Counted from the stretch's first letter, positions 30,177-39,346 are shown. The stretch is 64,000 nt of DNA from Candidatus Binatia bacterium (GCA_963664015.2 CAXXLF010000002.1:1536001-1600000); one strand, 5' to 3'. Numbers and translations: made by a program. The notes: generated by a model from the letters alone, not told the origin.

Positions 30177-31121
30177 ATGGCGAATTATGAACCTTTAGAA
30201 ATTCATGGATACTTCCGATCCCATACGCATCTGCCGGTTTGGTATATAGTCGAAGAGACCGGGATATGGGAGCAAATGGGCATCAAGGCGAGTTTTGATT
30301 ATTGTGACAGCTCATCCGAAGCCGAGGCGGCCCTGTTCGAGGGGAGAGTGGATTTTATCTCGGGAAACCACATCTCGCCATATGCCCTGGTCGCTCGCGG
30401 GAAACCGATTGTTTCCCTCGCCTCGCCCAGTAACAGTGTGAACGATAGACTCGTCACAAGGCAGCCTGTTGCGTCGGTTGCCGAGTTACGCGGCAAGAGC
30501 ATCGCCGACACGACGATCACAGACCCAGGGGGCGGATACAACCATATCCGCGGCAACCACATGCTCTACATCCTGCGCGGGGGTCTCAGCCTGGATGACG
30601 TCAAGTGGGTAGAGGTGGCAAATATTAATTCACAAGAAGCCCGAAAGGCCCAATTGCAGGCCATGATTGACAACAAAGCGGATGCCACGATGGTTACGGG
30701 AGGGACGGCGGAATTCGAAAAGGCCGGTTTTCATGTGCTGCCGCTCGGGCAACTCCCCATGGTCAATGGGCCCACGTTAACAACGACAATGGACAACCTC
30801 CAACGAAAGGACCGGCTAGGCGAACGGCTGGTGAAGGCGCTTGTACTAGGAATTCATTATGCCCGAACCCATAAGCCGGAGACAGAACAGATATTGGAAA
30901 AGCTAAAGAAGCAATATGCCGAAGCCGCATCGTTGAACTACAATAGCGTGGCGAAACTCCTGGCCAAACCCTACCCGGACATCCAAGCCATCGCCAATGC
31001 ATATGAGCTTTGCTGCATGAAAACCGACGATGCCAAGGAATTGAGCCCCCTGGCACTCTGGGATCTGCATTTCCTGCGTGATCTGGACAATTCGGGGTTT
31101 ATCGACGGATTATACAAGTAG
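30177..31121 (+). CDS. NMT1/THI5-like periplasmic-binding-fold protein, no signal peptide
   Basis: GIWEQMGIKASF, LFEGRVDFISGNH, ELRGKSI, LDNSGFIDGLY C-terminus; AAGGAG RBS. Confidence 0.7.
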   Translation: MANYEPLEIHGYFRSHTHLPVWYIVEETGIWEQMGIKASFDYCDSSSEAEAALFEGRVDFISGNHISPYALVARGKPIVSLASPSNSVNDRLVTRQPVASVAELRGKSIADTTITDPGGGYNHIRGNHMLYILRGGLSLDDVKWVEVANINSQEARKAQLQAMIDNKADATMVTGGTAEFEKAGFHVLPLGQLPMVNGPTLTTTMDNLQRKDRLGERLVKALVLGIHYARTHKPETEQILEKLKKQYAEAASLNYNSVAKLLAKPYPDIQAIANAYELCCMKTDDAKELSPLALWDLHFLRDLDNSGFIDGLYK

Positions 31122-31228
31122 AGGGGCTTATACCCCGCTAGTCAGCGCTGATTACTGGGTATCGCGCAACGCGCATAGCGCGAAGCGTAGGAGAGAAGGT
31201 CAAAGGGAATAATAGGGAGGAGCGGTTT

Positions 31229-32056
31229 ATGGGCATGCTTTTTACATCGCTTGTTCTAGCCGGACTGATGGTTGCTGCAATACCGACGCCAGCAGTGACA
31301 GCAAAGGTCCTATCCGTTGAAGAGATTCGGGCTACCCTGTCGGCATCACACCGGCGCGCCAAGGATCGAGCCAGGGATCGATACCGTCATCCCGCCGGAA
31401 CGCTCGCCTTCTTCGGCCTTGCCGACAATATGACGGTGGTCGAAGTTGCCCCCGGCCGTGGCTGGTATACGGACATCATCGCGCCCCTGCTTCTTGAACG
31501 GGGAAAGTTCTATGCCGCCGGCAATGCACTGGACGTGCCCGGCCAACGAGAATACCGCTACCCGCGCCAGCGGGCCTACAACAAGAAGATCGCGGAAAAT
31601 CCTCAAATATACGGTGCGGTCGAGGTCACCTCTTTAACGCCGCCCAATCATACCAGGATAGCCCCGCCGGGTAAGGCCGACCTGGTCCTTACCTTTCGCA
31701 ACGTGCATAACTGGCTTAAGGAGGATCCCCGGCTCTACTTTAAGGCCATGTATGACGCGCTCAAGCCGGGCGGTTTCCTGGGCGTGATTGAGCACCGCGC
31801 AAAACCCGGGACCTCTGTCGAAAAAATGATCGAATCCGGTTATATGACCGAGGCCAAGGTGATCGAGATCGCCGAGAGCGTAGGATTTAAATTGGCTGAG
31901 AAATCGGAAGTCAATGCCAACCCTAAAGACACCGCCGACCACCCAAAAGGTGTGTGGACGTTACCGCCGAGCCTACGCTTAAAAAAACAGGGTAGAAAAA
32001 AATATCTCGCCATCGGCGAAAGCGACCGCATGACGCTGAAGTTTCGAAAGCCGTAG
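31229..32056 (+). CDS. Exported class I SAM-dependent methyltransferase-like protein (COG4798 type)
   Basis: Signal peptide; RDRYRHP, VEVAPGRGWYT, LTFRNVHNW, LKPGG, GVWTLPP, IGESDRMTLKF. Confidence 0.85.
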   Translation: MGMLFTSLVLAGLMVAAIPTPAVTAKVLSVEEIRATLSASHRRAKDRARDRYRHPAGTLAFFGLADNMTVVEVAPGRGWYTDIIAPLLLERGKFYAAGNALDVPGQREYRYPRQRAYNKKIAENPQIYGAVEVTSLTPPNHTRIAPPGKADLVLTFRNVHNWLKEDPRLYFKAMYDALKPGGFLGVIEHRAKPGTSVEKMIESGYMTEAKVIEIAESVGFKLAEKSEVNANPKDTADHPKGVWTLPPSLRLKKQGRKKYLAIGESDRMTLKFRKP

Positions 32057-32115
32057 GGCAAGAGAAAGCCGGCAACTCTCAGTGATAAGTCAAAAAATAG
32101 AGGGAGGAGAAAAAT

Positions 32116-32815
32116 ATGATGCGGGTATAGTCTTCATTAGTATTTACTCTCTTCTTGCTTTTTCCACAGGGTGCTCGAAGCCAGGATAAGGGAGCAGCGG
32201 AAGCAAAGGCGTTTTTAAGGGAAAAACAATAACCTGGCAGATAGGTTCCACCCCGGGAGCTTCGACGGGTCTTCTGGCTCGGCTGGCAGCCCCATACTGG
32301 GCGAAGTATACCGGCGCCCGGATCATCGTTCAGAACCGCCCCGGGGGAGGCGGGATCGCAATTTTCAACTTCCTCAACAAACGTGGCAAACGGGACGGTC
32401 TGACCGCGGTTGGCATATTGCTTTCACACAGCTCCTTGGCAGGATCGTCGGTCGACCGGGGATACAATTTGACATAGAAAAGCTGTCCTGGGTGGGCGTG
32501 GTTCCCACTGTAGTCAATACCTTTGTTGCCAATAAGAAAAAAATCAAATCCCTGGACGAATTAAGGAACTCAGAGCGTCCCTTGCGCTGGGGGCTGACCC
32601 GACCAGGAGGTAACAGTCACTTCATGGGGGCCACGCTCGCGAAGGTCCTGGGACTCAAGGTTCAAATTGTTTCCGGGTACCCGGGAACGCCGGCGGTCCG
32701 CCAAGCCTTGCTGAGTGGGGAGATCGACGTCACCGCGTTTCCTCCGACTCTCTTCGCATCACAAATCAAGGAAGGACTAGTTATTCCCTTGATCCATATG
32801 GGGCAAATGCCTCAC
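32116..32815 (+). pseudogene. Tripartite tricarboxylate transporter substrate-binding protein (Bug/TctC), degraded and 3'-truncated
   Basis: FKGKTITWQIGSTPGASTGLLARL...IIVQNRPGGGG; GYPGTPAVRQALLSGEID; early stops and frameshifts. Confidence 0.7.
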
Positions 32816-33273
32816 CCCGGTAGAAAGATAACCCTAGGGGCGGTTTTCGACCACTTCCCCAACGATCTTGACTGTCTTTTGTAAATCCTTTTTCTCTTTG
32901 TTCCTATTTTTTATGTAGCTGTAGCGTGGATCCAAGTCTCCGTCCCGACTTCGTGTCCCTGGGCGACGATCTCCTTGAAAACATCGGGATAGTTCTGAAT
33001 CGTGATACCCGTAGGGGAAAAGGTTGTTTGAACGCCCTCCTTGTGGAATAGCTCCAGCATGCGAAAGACACCCACGCGCTCGCCGTATTCCCTGTCCGTA
33101 ATGGAGCCAAGATTTTTCTTGGTCACTGCGTTCTTGGGAAACACCCGGCGAGCTTCCTGCTGCAGCGATCCGCCTACCCCCAAATCCGCGGGCCAGGTCT
33201 CAAAGGCCACCCATGGCGTAATAGCGAGCCGTGCTCCGTTGGTCCAGAGAATGGGTTCCCTCTTTCTTTTCAT
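32812..33273 (-). pseudogene. Polysaccharide deacetylase/PuuE-like protein, frameshifted and truncated
   Basis: WTNGARLAI...EYGERVGVFRMLELF...GHEVG; continues in a shifted frame (KDLQKTVKIVGEVVENRP*GYLSTG) until it meets the TctC remnant. Confidence 0.7.
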
Positions 33274-33463
33274 AATTAGCCTCCCAATTTCGGAATTGGC
33301 CTTACTCACGCCTCAACCATTGAGGCTTGTCAAGTTGCTTCCCAGGTTCGGACTAAACCTAACCCACCGATATCCTATTGGAATGTTGGCAAATAAACTA
33401 AATTTATGGCTTGGAAAGGTGATTTGAACATTAAAATCGTAGAGCTAAGGAGGCATGGGTGCT

Positions 33464-33497
33464 GCAATTGACAAGCTCGCCCTACCGGGGTTAGAAT
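33464..33497 (+). promoter_or_regulatory. Sigma70-like promoter, repeated cassette copy 4
   Basis: GCAA-TTGACA(33468-33473)-18 nt-TAGAAT(33492-33497). Confidence 0.65.
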
Positions 33498-33557
33498 GCC
33501 GCCGGTCAACTAGTCACTTCAAAACTTAAACCAGCTCGTTAAAGGAGGATTCCAATC

Positions 33558-34718
33558 ATGGTCATGCTCGGTACCGACATGAAGGTCGCAGCGACCCCCA
33601 CGGAGGGTCTTGAAGAGTGGAGGGAGCCCGACGCCTATGATACCTGGCTGAAGCAGGAAGGCGTAAAGGTTTACGAGGAGTTCTACTTTCCGAGCCTGGC
33701 AAAGATCGAGCTGGGGCCGTGGGAGCGCAAGGGAGGAAGCGGCGCCGTTATCCACATCGACAACCGCCATATGCCCAATGACTGCCACGTCGTTGAGATC
33801 AAGCCCGGGGGCAAATCCGAGCCGGAGCACCACATGTACGAATGCACGGTCTACGTGGTCTCGGGCCGCGGTGCGACGACCATCTGGCAGGATGAGAAGC
33901 ACAAGCAGACCTTCGAGTGGCACGCCGGTAGCCTCTTTGCCATCCCGCTCAACTCGTGGTACCAGAATTTCAACGGCAGCGGCGACGAGCCTGTCCGCTA
34001 CGTCACAGTGACCAACGCCCCTCCCATGATGCGGCTCTACAACGACAATAACTTTATATTCAACTGCGATTACAATTTCCGCTCTCGCTATTCGGACGAG
34101 GAGGACTATTTCAGTGGTAAGGGCAAACTTTTCAAAAAGCGGGTGTGGGAGTCCAACTTCATCGCCAATGCGCCGGACATGCTGCTCTATTCGCGGGACA
34201 ACCGGGGCGCCGGCGGTATCCACGCCGCCCTCGAGATGGCCAATAACAATATGAAAAATCACATTTCTGAGTTTCCCATTGGCACGTACAAGAAAGCCCA
34301 CCAACATGGTCCGGGAGCCCACCTGGTCCTGCTGAGTGGTACCGGCGGCTATTCTCTGGTCTGGACCAAGCCGGACCGTTCCGACATGATCAAGTGCGAC
34401 TGGCAGTTCGGTTCCATGGTCGTCGTCCAAAACGACGACTGCTTTCATCAGCACTTCAACACGGGGACCAACCGAGCCCGCTACCTGGCGCTGAGGACGG
34501 GCGATATGGGTCTCAACTCGTCGAAGCCCGCCCCCATTCAGCCAACCGAAGTCAGTATCAAGGACGGCGGCGGCCAGATCGAGTACCAGGACGAAGACCG
34601 GGAGATCCACGAGATCTTCGAAAAAGACCTGAAGGCCCACGGCGCGCCGTGCAAGATGAAGGCCTTTATCCCCTGGTGCACCGGTGAGGACGGACCGATG
34701 AGCGAGAGGGATACGTAA
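33558..34718 (+). CDS. Bicupin protein (gentisate 1,2-dioxygenase-like fold)
   Basis: EHHMYE...GRGAT; KAHQHGPG; FHQHFN; paralog of 40928..42031; AAGGAGG RBS. Confidence 0.8.
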   Translation: MVMLGTDMKVAATPTEGLEEWREPDAYDTWLKQEGVKVYEEFYFPSLAKIELGPWERKGGSGAVIHIDNRHMPNDCHVVEIKPGGKSEPEHHMYECTVYVVSGRGATTIWQDEKHKQTFEWHAGSLFAIPLNSWYQNFNGSGDEPVRYVTVTNAPPMMRLYNDNNFIFNCDYNFRSRYSDEEDYFSGKGKLFKKRVWESNFIANAPDMLLYSRDNRGAGGIHAALEMANNNMKNHISEFPIGTYKKAHQHGPGAHLVLLSGTGGYSLVWTKPDRSDMIKCDWQFGSMVVVQNDDCFHQHFNTGTNRARYLALRTGDMGLNSSKPAPIQPTEVSIKDGGGQIEYQDEDREIHEIFEKDLKAHGAPCKMKAFIPWCTGEDGPMSERDT

Positions 34719-34925
34719 GCGAAAAGAGCAGAGCGCGCTCAGGGCTGAGGAAAGATAGCTCTCAGCGTTCAGCTAGAGAAGACAGCCAGACAGCTTGCAG
34801 TAAGCAGGATACAGGAAACACTTAGATCTAAAAACTGATAGTTAGTCGTTCAGAGACGAGGACGACTGACCACAGGACTACAGACTGCCGATCACCGGCC
34901 TTCGGTGATGGGTAGCCAGGCAGCA
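34719..34925. repeat. Intergenic heptamer-mosaic repeat block
   Basis: GAGCAGAGCGC, GCTCTCAGCGTTCAGC, GACGACTGACCACAGGACTACAGACTGC. Confidence 0.6.
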
Positions 34926-34942
34926 AAGGTTAGGAGGTTCTA

Positions 34943-35971
34943 GTGGAAGACTATCCCGCCATCGACGCCGATGGCCATATTATCGAGCGCAGGGAAGAAC
35001 TCCGTCAGTACCTGGAACCGCCTTACAATAAGCGCGGAGGAACCCTGACCCCCTCAGAACCGTGGGACCGGAGTCTCTACGGCAAACTTCCCTTGAATCA
35101 GGACGATTTTCCGTCGGTTCCGAGCGCCGAGGATTGGCTTCGCTTGATGGATAGGAGCCAGATAAGCGACGCGTATCTCTACCCGACCTCCATGGGAAAC
35201 GTCTCCCGGGTGCGCGAGGTGGACTTCGCTGTCGCCCTCAGCACAGCCTACAACAACTACGTCCACGACAAGTTTGCCAAGGTTTCGGATCGGCTGAAAC
35301 CCATTGCCCTGATTTCACCGCAGGATCCGGTCAGGGCGGCGAAGGAGCTGCGGCGGGCGGTAACGGATCTTGGCTACCGGGCCGGAGTGGTCCGAACGAC
35401 CGGCTTGCGATTGCCTCTCGGACATAGTTTTTACGATCCGATCTATGAGGAAGCGAGTCGTCTCGGCTGCGCCATCGCAGTTCACGGCACCAACGGCGGC
35501 GAGGAGGTTGCCTGTGGGGGATTCGACACCTTCACCGAGGTCCACACGGTCTCCTTTCCCGTAGGTATCATGGCTCAATTTACAAGCATGATCTATCAGG
35601 GCGTGCCGGAGCGTTACCCCAATCTTCGTTTGGCTTTCTTGGAAATCGGCTGCACATGGCTGCCCTACTGGCTGAACCGGATGGACGAGCACTGGGAGAA
35701 ACGGGGCACAGTGGAAACACCAAATTTGAAACGTCCTCCAAGCGAGTGCGTGCGCGAGCGGGGTATCTACTTTAGTCTCGAGGCAGAGGAGACCCTGTTG
35801 CCCGAGACCCTCAGATACGTTGGCGACAGTCACTTCCTGTATGCCACCGATATCCCCCACTGGGATAACGAATACAAAGAGAACCTGAATCGACTCAGGT
35901 CGCGAGACGACCTCTCCCCAGAGACAAAGAAAAAGCTCCTGCACGATAACGCGATAGCCCTGTACAGGTAG
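34943..35971 (+). CDS. Amidohydrolase family protein (Amidohydro_2)
   Basis: IDADGH, AYNN, IAVH, ATDIPHWD; AGGAGG RBS, GTG start. Confidence 0.9.
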   Translation: MEDYPAIDADGHIIERREELRQYLEPPYNKRGGTLTPSEPWDRSLYGKLPLNQDDFPSVPSAEDWLRLMDRSQISDAYLYPTSMGNVSRVREVDFAVALSTAYNNYVHDKFAKVSDRLKPIALISPQDPVRAAKELRRAVTDLGYRAGVVRTTGLRLPLGHSFYDPIYEEASRLGCAIAVHGTNGGEEVACGGFDTFTEVHTVSFPVGIMAQFTSMIYQGVPERYPNLRLAFLEIGCTWLPYWLNRMDEHWEKRGTVETPNLKRPPSECVRERGIYFSLEAEETLLPETLRYVGDSHFLYATDIPHWDNEYKENLNRLRSRDDLSPETKKKLLHDNAIALYR

Positions 35972-36084
35972 AAGACAGCAGACAACCTTTCAGCTGTCAG
36001 AATTTAGCAAAGAAGTGTTGAGTGTTAAGTAAACAGTGATCAGGTCAAACTTCTTTTACGGCAGATAGATGAAGACGGGGGATC

Positions 36085-36240
36085 AAATTCTAAATCCCAA
36101 GCACCAAACATCAAACAAATCCGAATTTCGAAGCTCTAAACAATACCGAACCCCTAAACTACTCAATCCGATAGTTTTGGAGATTGGATATTTTGTCATT
36201 TGAATTTGTTTCGTATTTGGGATTTCGAATCTCGAGTTCT
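36085..36240. repeat. AT-rich imperfect inverted repeat built from AAATCCC/AAATTC-type heptamers
   Basis: AAATTCTAAATCCCAAGCACCAAACATCAAACAAATCCGAAT ... ATTTGAATTTGTTTCGTATTTGGGATTTCGAAT; sits inside mosaic 35972..36385. Confidence 0.65.
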
Positions 36241-36385
36241 GAAACCACTGTTACCCTCTTTGGCTGATAGCTAGTCCTGTCCTGTTGCTCCCAGCCCACT
36301 GCTTGCTATCTTTCTGACCTCTGACATCCGACCTCCGGTTCTGTGCACTATGCAGTAACGGCTAATACCTGATTACTCAATCCAC

Positions 36386-37687
36386 TCATTCCAGTCCTTC
36401 ACTTTCCGGTGGAGTGGTGCCCTGGGGGTACCGGTAGAGCTCCGGGAGACGGAGCAATAAAAAGCTACCGTAGATTAGAAAGAACGCACATGCCCCGGTT
36501 ATGGCCCAGGGGGCGCTTACAAGTGAGGCGAGGGTGCCGAGTTGTAAGTGACCTAGAGGCCCAATCCCCCGGTGGACCATCATGTTCATTGACATGATCC
36601 GCCCGCGCAACCGATCGGTGATCGAGAGCTGAAGCATCGTGTTCCGAACGGTCCCTCCCATAATGTCCAACGCACCTGCAAGGGCAAGCCAAAGCAGGGA
36701 AACCGGCATCCATTTAGAAAAAGAAAAGAACATGAGCACCACGGGCATGGCAAAGGAAGAGATGGTGAACAGGCGCCCCTTCTTTCTCACATCACCCATG
36801 GCGATGGCCAACCCTGAACCGATCAGCGCGCCTATCCCCGGTGCGGCATAGAGCAGGCCGAGTCCCGTCGGACCAACGTTGAGAATGTCGCGGGCGAAAA
36901 CGGGCAACAGGGCTCGGTAGGTCACAAAGAACGTGTGGACAGCCTCTATACTGAGGAGGCCCCAGAGGAAACGGTTGTCCAGTACGGTCCGGAAGCCTTC
37001 GACGATGGACCGAGTCATCGATGTCTTATGAGTCGGGACCTCCATCGCCGCAATTCTCATCAAGAACAGGGCCACCAGGACCATTCCATGGAGCAGGGCA
37101 TAAGCAAAGAACGTCCACGTGATTCCCAACAGGGATATGCCGAGACCGGCAATCATAGGGCCCACCAGGGCGGTACTGCGTCGAACCGCCGAGGTAAGGG
37201 CAACCGCCCTCATGAGTTCCTCACGGGGAACCAAGCTGGGAACGAGGGATTGGCGTGCGGGACCATCGAAACCGGTAATGGTCGCGTTAAGAAAACCGAG
37301 CGCGTAGAGATGCCAGACCTGGATCAGGTCCAAGCCTGTAAGGATACCAGGAATCAAAGCCAGAACTGTGCTGACGATCTGGGCGGTGAGCAGTATCTTT
37401 CGCCGGTCCATGCGATCAGCGAGCGCACCCCCATACATGGATGTAATGAGGAAGGGAATCGACGAAAAGATACCCATCACCCCAAGCATAAATGGCGAGT
37501 CCGTCAGCTCGAAGATCAGCCACATGGTCGCTACTTGATGAACCCATGAGGCGCTGGCAGCGACGGCCCAGCTTGTCCAGAGGAGCCTGAAATTGCGATG
37601 TCGTAACGGACCCAGTGTCACGGTGCCTGTCTTTTCACTTTCAAACCTAATTCTATTAGAGAAAGGCCCCGGGGGATCCCGGGGCAT
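36386..37687 (-). CDS. MFS transporter (H+ antiporter-1/EntS-like)
   Basis: LRHRNFRLLW, GALADRMDRRK, PARQSLVP, RLRGRIMS; start codon uncertain. Confidence 0.88.
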   Translation of the reverse strand: MPRDPPGPFSNRIRFESEKTGTVTLGPLRHRNFRLLWTSWAVAASASWVHQVATMWLIFELTDSPFMLGVMGIFSSIPFLITSMYGGALADRMDRRKILLTAQIVSTVLALIPGILTGLDLIQVWHLYALGFLNATITGFDGPARQSLVPSLVPREELMRAVALTSAVRRSTALVGPMIAGLGISLLGITWTFFAYALLHGMVLVALFLMRIAAMEVPTHKTSMTRSIVEGFRTVLDNRFLWGLLSIEAVHTFFVTYRALLPVFARDILNVGPTGLGLLYAAPGIGALIGSGLAIAMGDVRKKGRLFTISSFAMPVVLMFFSFSKWMPVSLLWLALAGALDIMGGTVRNTMLQLSITDRLRGRIMSMNMMVHRGIGPLGHLQLGTLASLVSAPWAITGACAFFLIYGSFLLLRLPELYRYPQGTTPPESEGLE

Positions 37688-37705
37688 CCTCAACGTACTA
37701 CAAAA

Positions 37706-38190
37706 AGGAGCAAAGAGCATAGGGGCAAAGAACCAGAGGGCGGAGATCAGAGGTCAGAGATCGGACTAGCGCAAAATGCATAACGCTAAGGGCAAAGCGC
37801 ATGGAGCAAAGCGTTATAAGTTTACGGACTACTGACTACGGGACTACAAAGACGCATTTAGTACTGAGCAACGAGTGCTGAGTAGTGAGTTACCGGACTA
37901 AAGTAAGACAGTAGGCAGCAATTAGCTAAGAGACTAGCGACGACAGGACTACTGACCACAGACAAAAGACAGACAGAAGACAAGATCCGGACGCTTTGCG
38001 CTCTGCCCTATGCGCTTTACTCTTCTCGCGTCGGCGAATATCTGCGGTTAAAGAATCCGGATCCGAATACTGAGAACTGTTTACTGAAAACTGGTAACCA
38101 AACAATAAGTTCAATCCGGAGCTGAACGCTGATAGCTTTATTGCTGCCTACTGTCTTACTGTTTTACGCCATGCGCTATGCAGCGCTTAG
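37706..38190. repeat. Largest heptamer-mosaic block, with nested inverted repeats
   Basis: At least six heptamer families. Perfect 21-bp IR AGTAAGACAGTAGGCAGCAAT (37902-37922) / ATTGCTGCCTACTGTCTTACT (38140-38160). Confidence 0.8.
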
Positions 38191-38192
38191 GG

Positions 38193-39248
38193 CTACGTTC
38201 GCATCGGCAGCGTAACAATCGCCTGACCTCGCGCGGCCTCCGCCCGTGGGTTGTGGACGGAAATCTCCAGGTGAACTCGGCCTAGGTTATCGACCACCTC
38301 TTTGTTCACGATCCGGGCCCGGCAGGTCAGCGTGTCCCCCGGATGGCTGTTTTTCACCATGCGGAAGGGACCCAGTTTCCGCAGCCGCCCATCCAGGCCC
38401 ATCCACCTGCGCAGTGTAATTTCGAATACCATTTCATAGCCGCGGGTGTTGAAGATAATATCATCAAGGCCAGCGGCGCGGGCCGCCTCACGGTTGTGAT
38501 GGATGGAGCTCCACATGCGATCGACGGCCACGCTCATCACGATTCGCTGGTAGTTTAGCCATACACTGTACGGCGGTACGTCGTCCCCTATGTTCACGCT
38601 CTCGAAGGAGAGCTGTTGACCCCAGTCCACTTTAGGATTTTGCTCTTCCGACCTTGCCTCAGAGGGCGGACCCGGCTCAGTGGGAGCTTCTTTAACAGCT
38701 TCCGGGCGCTTGGGAAACGGATCGTACCGATAGCCGGTATTTCCCTGGATGGCCACAAGCTCCCCGGTCTGCTTCGACATTCTAGTCTCATACGTCAAAA
38801 AGACGCCGTCCCCGAGACGAGTTCGCTTGGGCGTAATCTCTACAAGTTTCGACGTCCCACGCAACCGATCGCCTGGATAGAGCGGCTCAAAATGCTCTAC
38901 CTCACTGGCGCTGTTGAAGCCCTTCGAATAAGGGACTGGGATGTTGCCCCGAACGGTGCCGCTTTTTTCAGAGAGACCCGGGGCAAAGATCGACGGTTCC
39001 CCGGGAGACCAGTACGCAGGCATAGCCCAAAGCGGGGTCATGGACACAGGCGCAACGAGGGTACGGTATCCATGAGCCCTGGCCACAGCCTCGTCGTAGT
39101 GCACTGGGCAGTCGAAACAGTACACTTCAACTTTCCGGCGGATGTCGTTGCGTGTAACCTCGTCTACGCCTTCGAAGTTCGACTCGACCCCCAGCCATTT
39201 CCGGGTATCTTCCAGTGAAATGTCCACTTTTTCCGTTCGATCTGCCAT
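38193..39248 (-). CDS. Double hot-dog MaoC-like dehydratase
   Basis: PVHYDEAVARAHGYRTLVAP; PLYPGD; SIHHNREAARAAGLDDII; HPGDTL. Confidence 0.8.
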   Translation of the reverse strand: MADRTEKVDISLEDTRKWLGVESNFEGVDEVTRNDIRRKVEVYCFDCPVHYDEAVARAHGYRTLVAPVSMTPLWAMPAYWSPGEPSIFAPGLSEKSGTVRGNIPVPYSKGFNSASEVEHFEPLYPGDRLRGTSKLVEITPKRTRLGDGVFLTYETRMSKQTGELVAIQGNTGYRYDPFPKRPEAVKEAPTEPGPPSEARSEEQNPKVDWGQQLSFESVNIGDDVPPYSVWLNYQRIVMSVAVDRMWSSIHHNREAARAAGLDDIIFNTRGYEMVFEITLRRWMGLDGRLRKLGPFRMVKNSHPGDTLTCRARIVNKEVVDNLGRVHLEISVHNPRAEAARGQAIVTLPMRT

Positions 39249-39346
39249 CTTCACACCATAGGTCAGGAAGGTTAGACCGCAATTTCGTCGGGGTCAATGT
39301 CAGGGCCGGGATTCTCCATTGCAGCCCTGGATCAATGGAACAGCGG

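Noticed and set aside
33519-34640. 373-aa antisense ORF over the cupin (also 41327..42271, 39626..40444, 56507..57295 and similar)
   Set aside because: These are shadow ORFs on the opposite strand of GC3-rich genes, with no recognisable motifs.
37926-38114. Short ORFs inside repeat blocks (37926..38114, 28412..28639, 29821..30045, 4670..4909, 6033..6317)
   Set aside because: They are low-complexity translations of the heptamer repeats and lack RBSs.
1417-38190. Heptamer mosaics as a CRISPR array or DGR
   Set aside because: There is no constant 23-47 bp repeat with unique spacers, no cas or reverse transcriptase gene, and no adenine-specific TR/VR pair.
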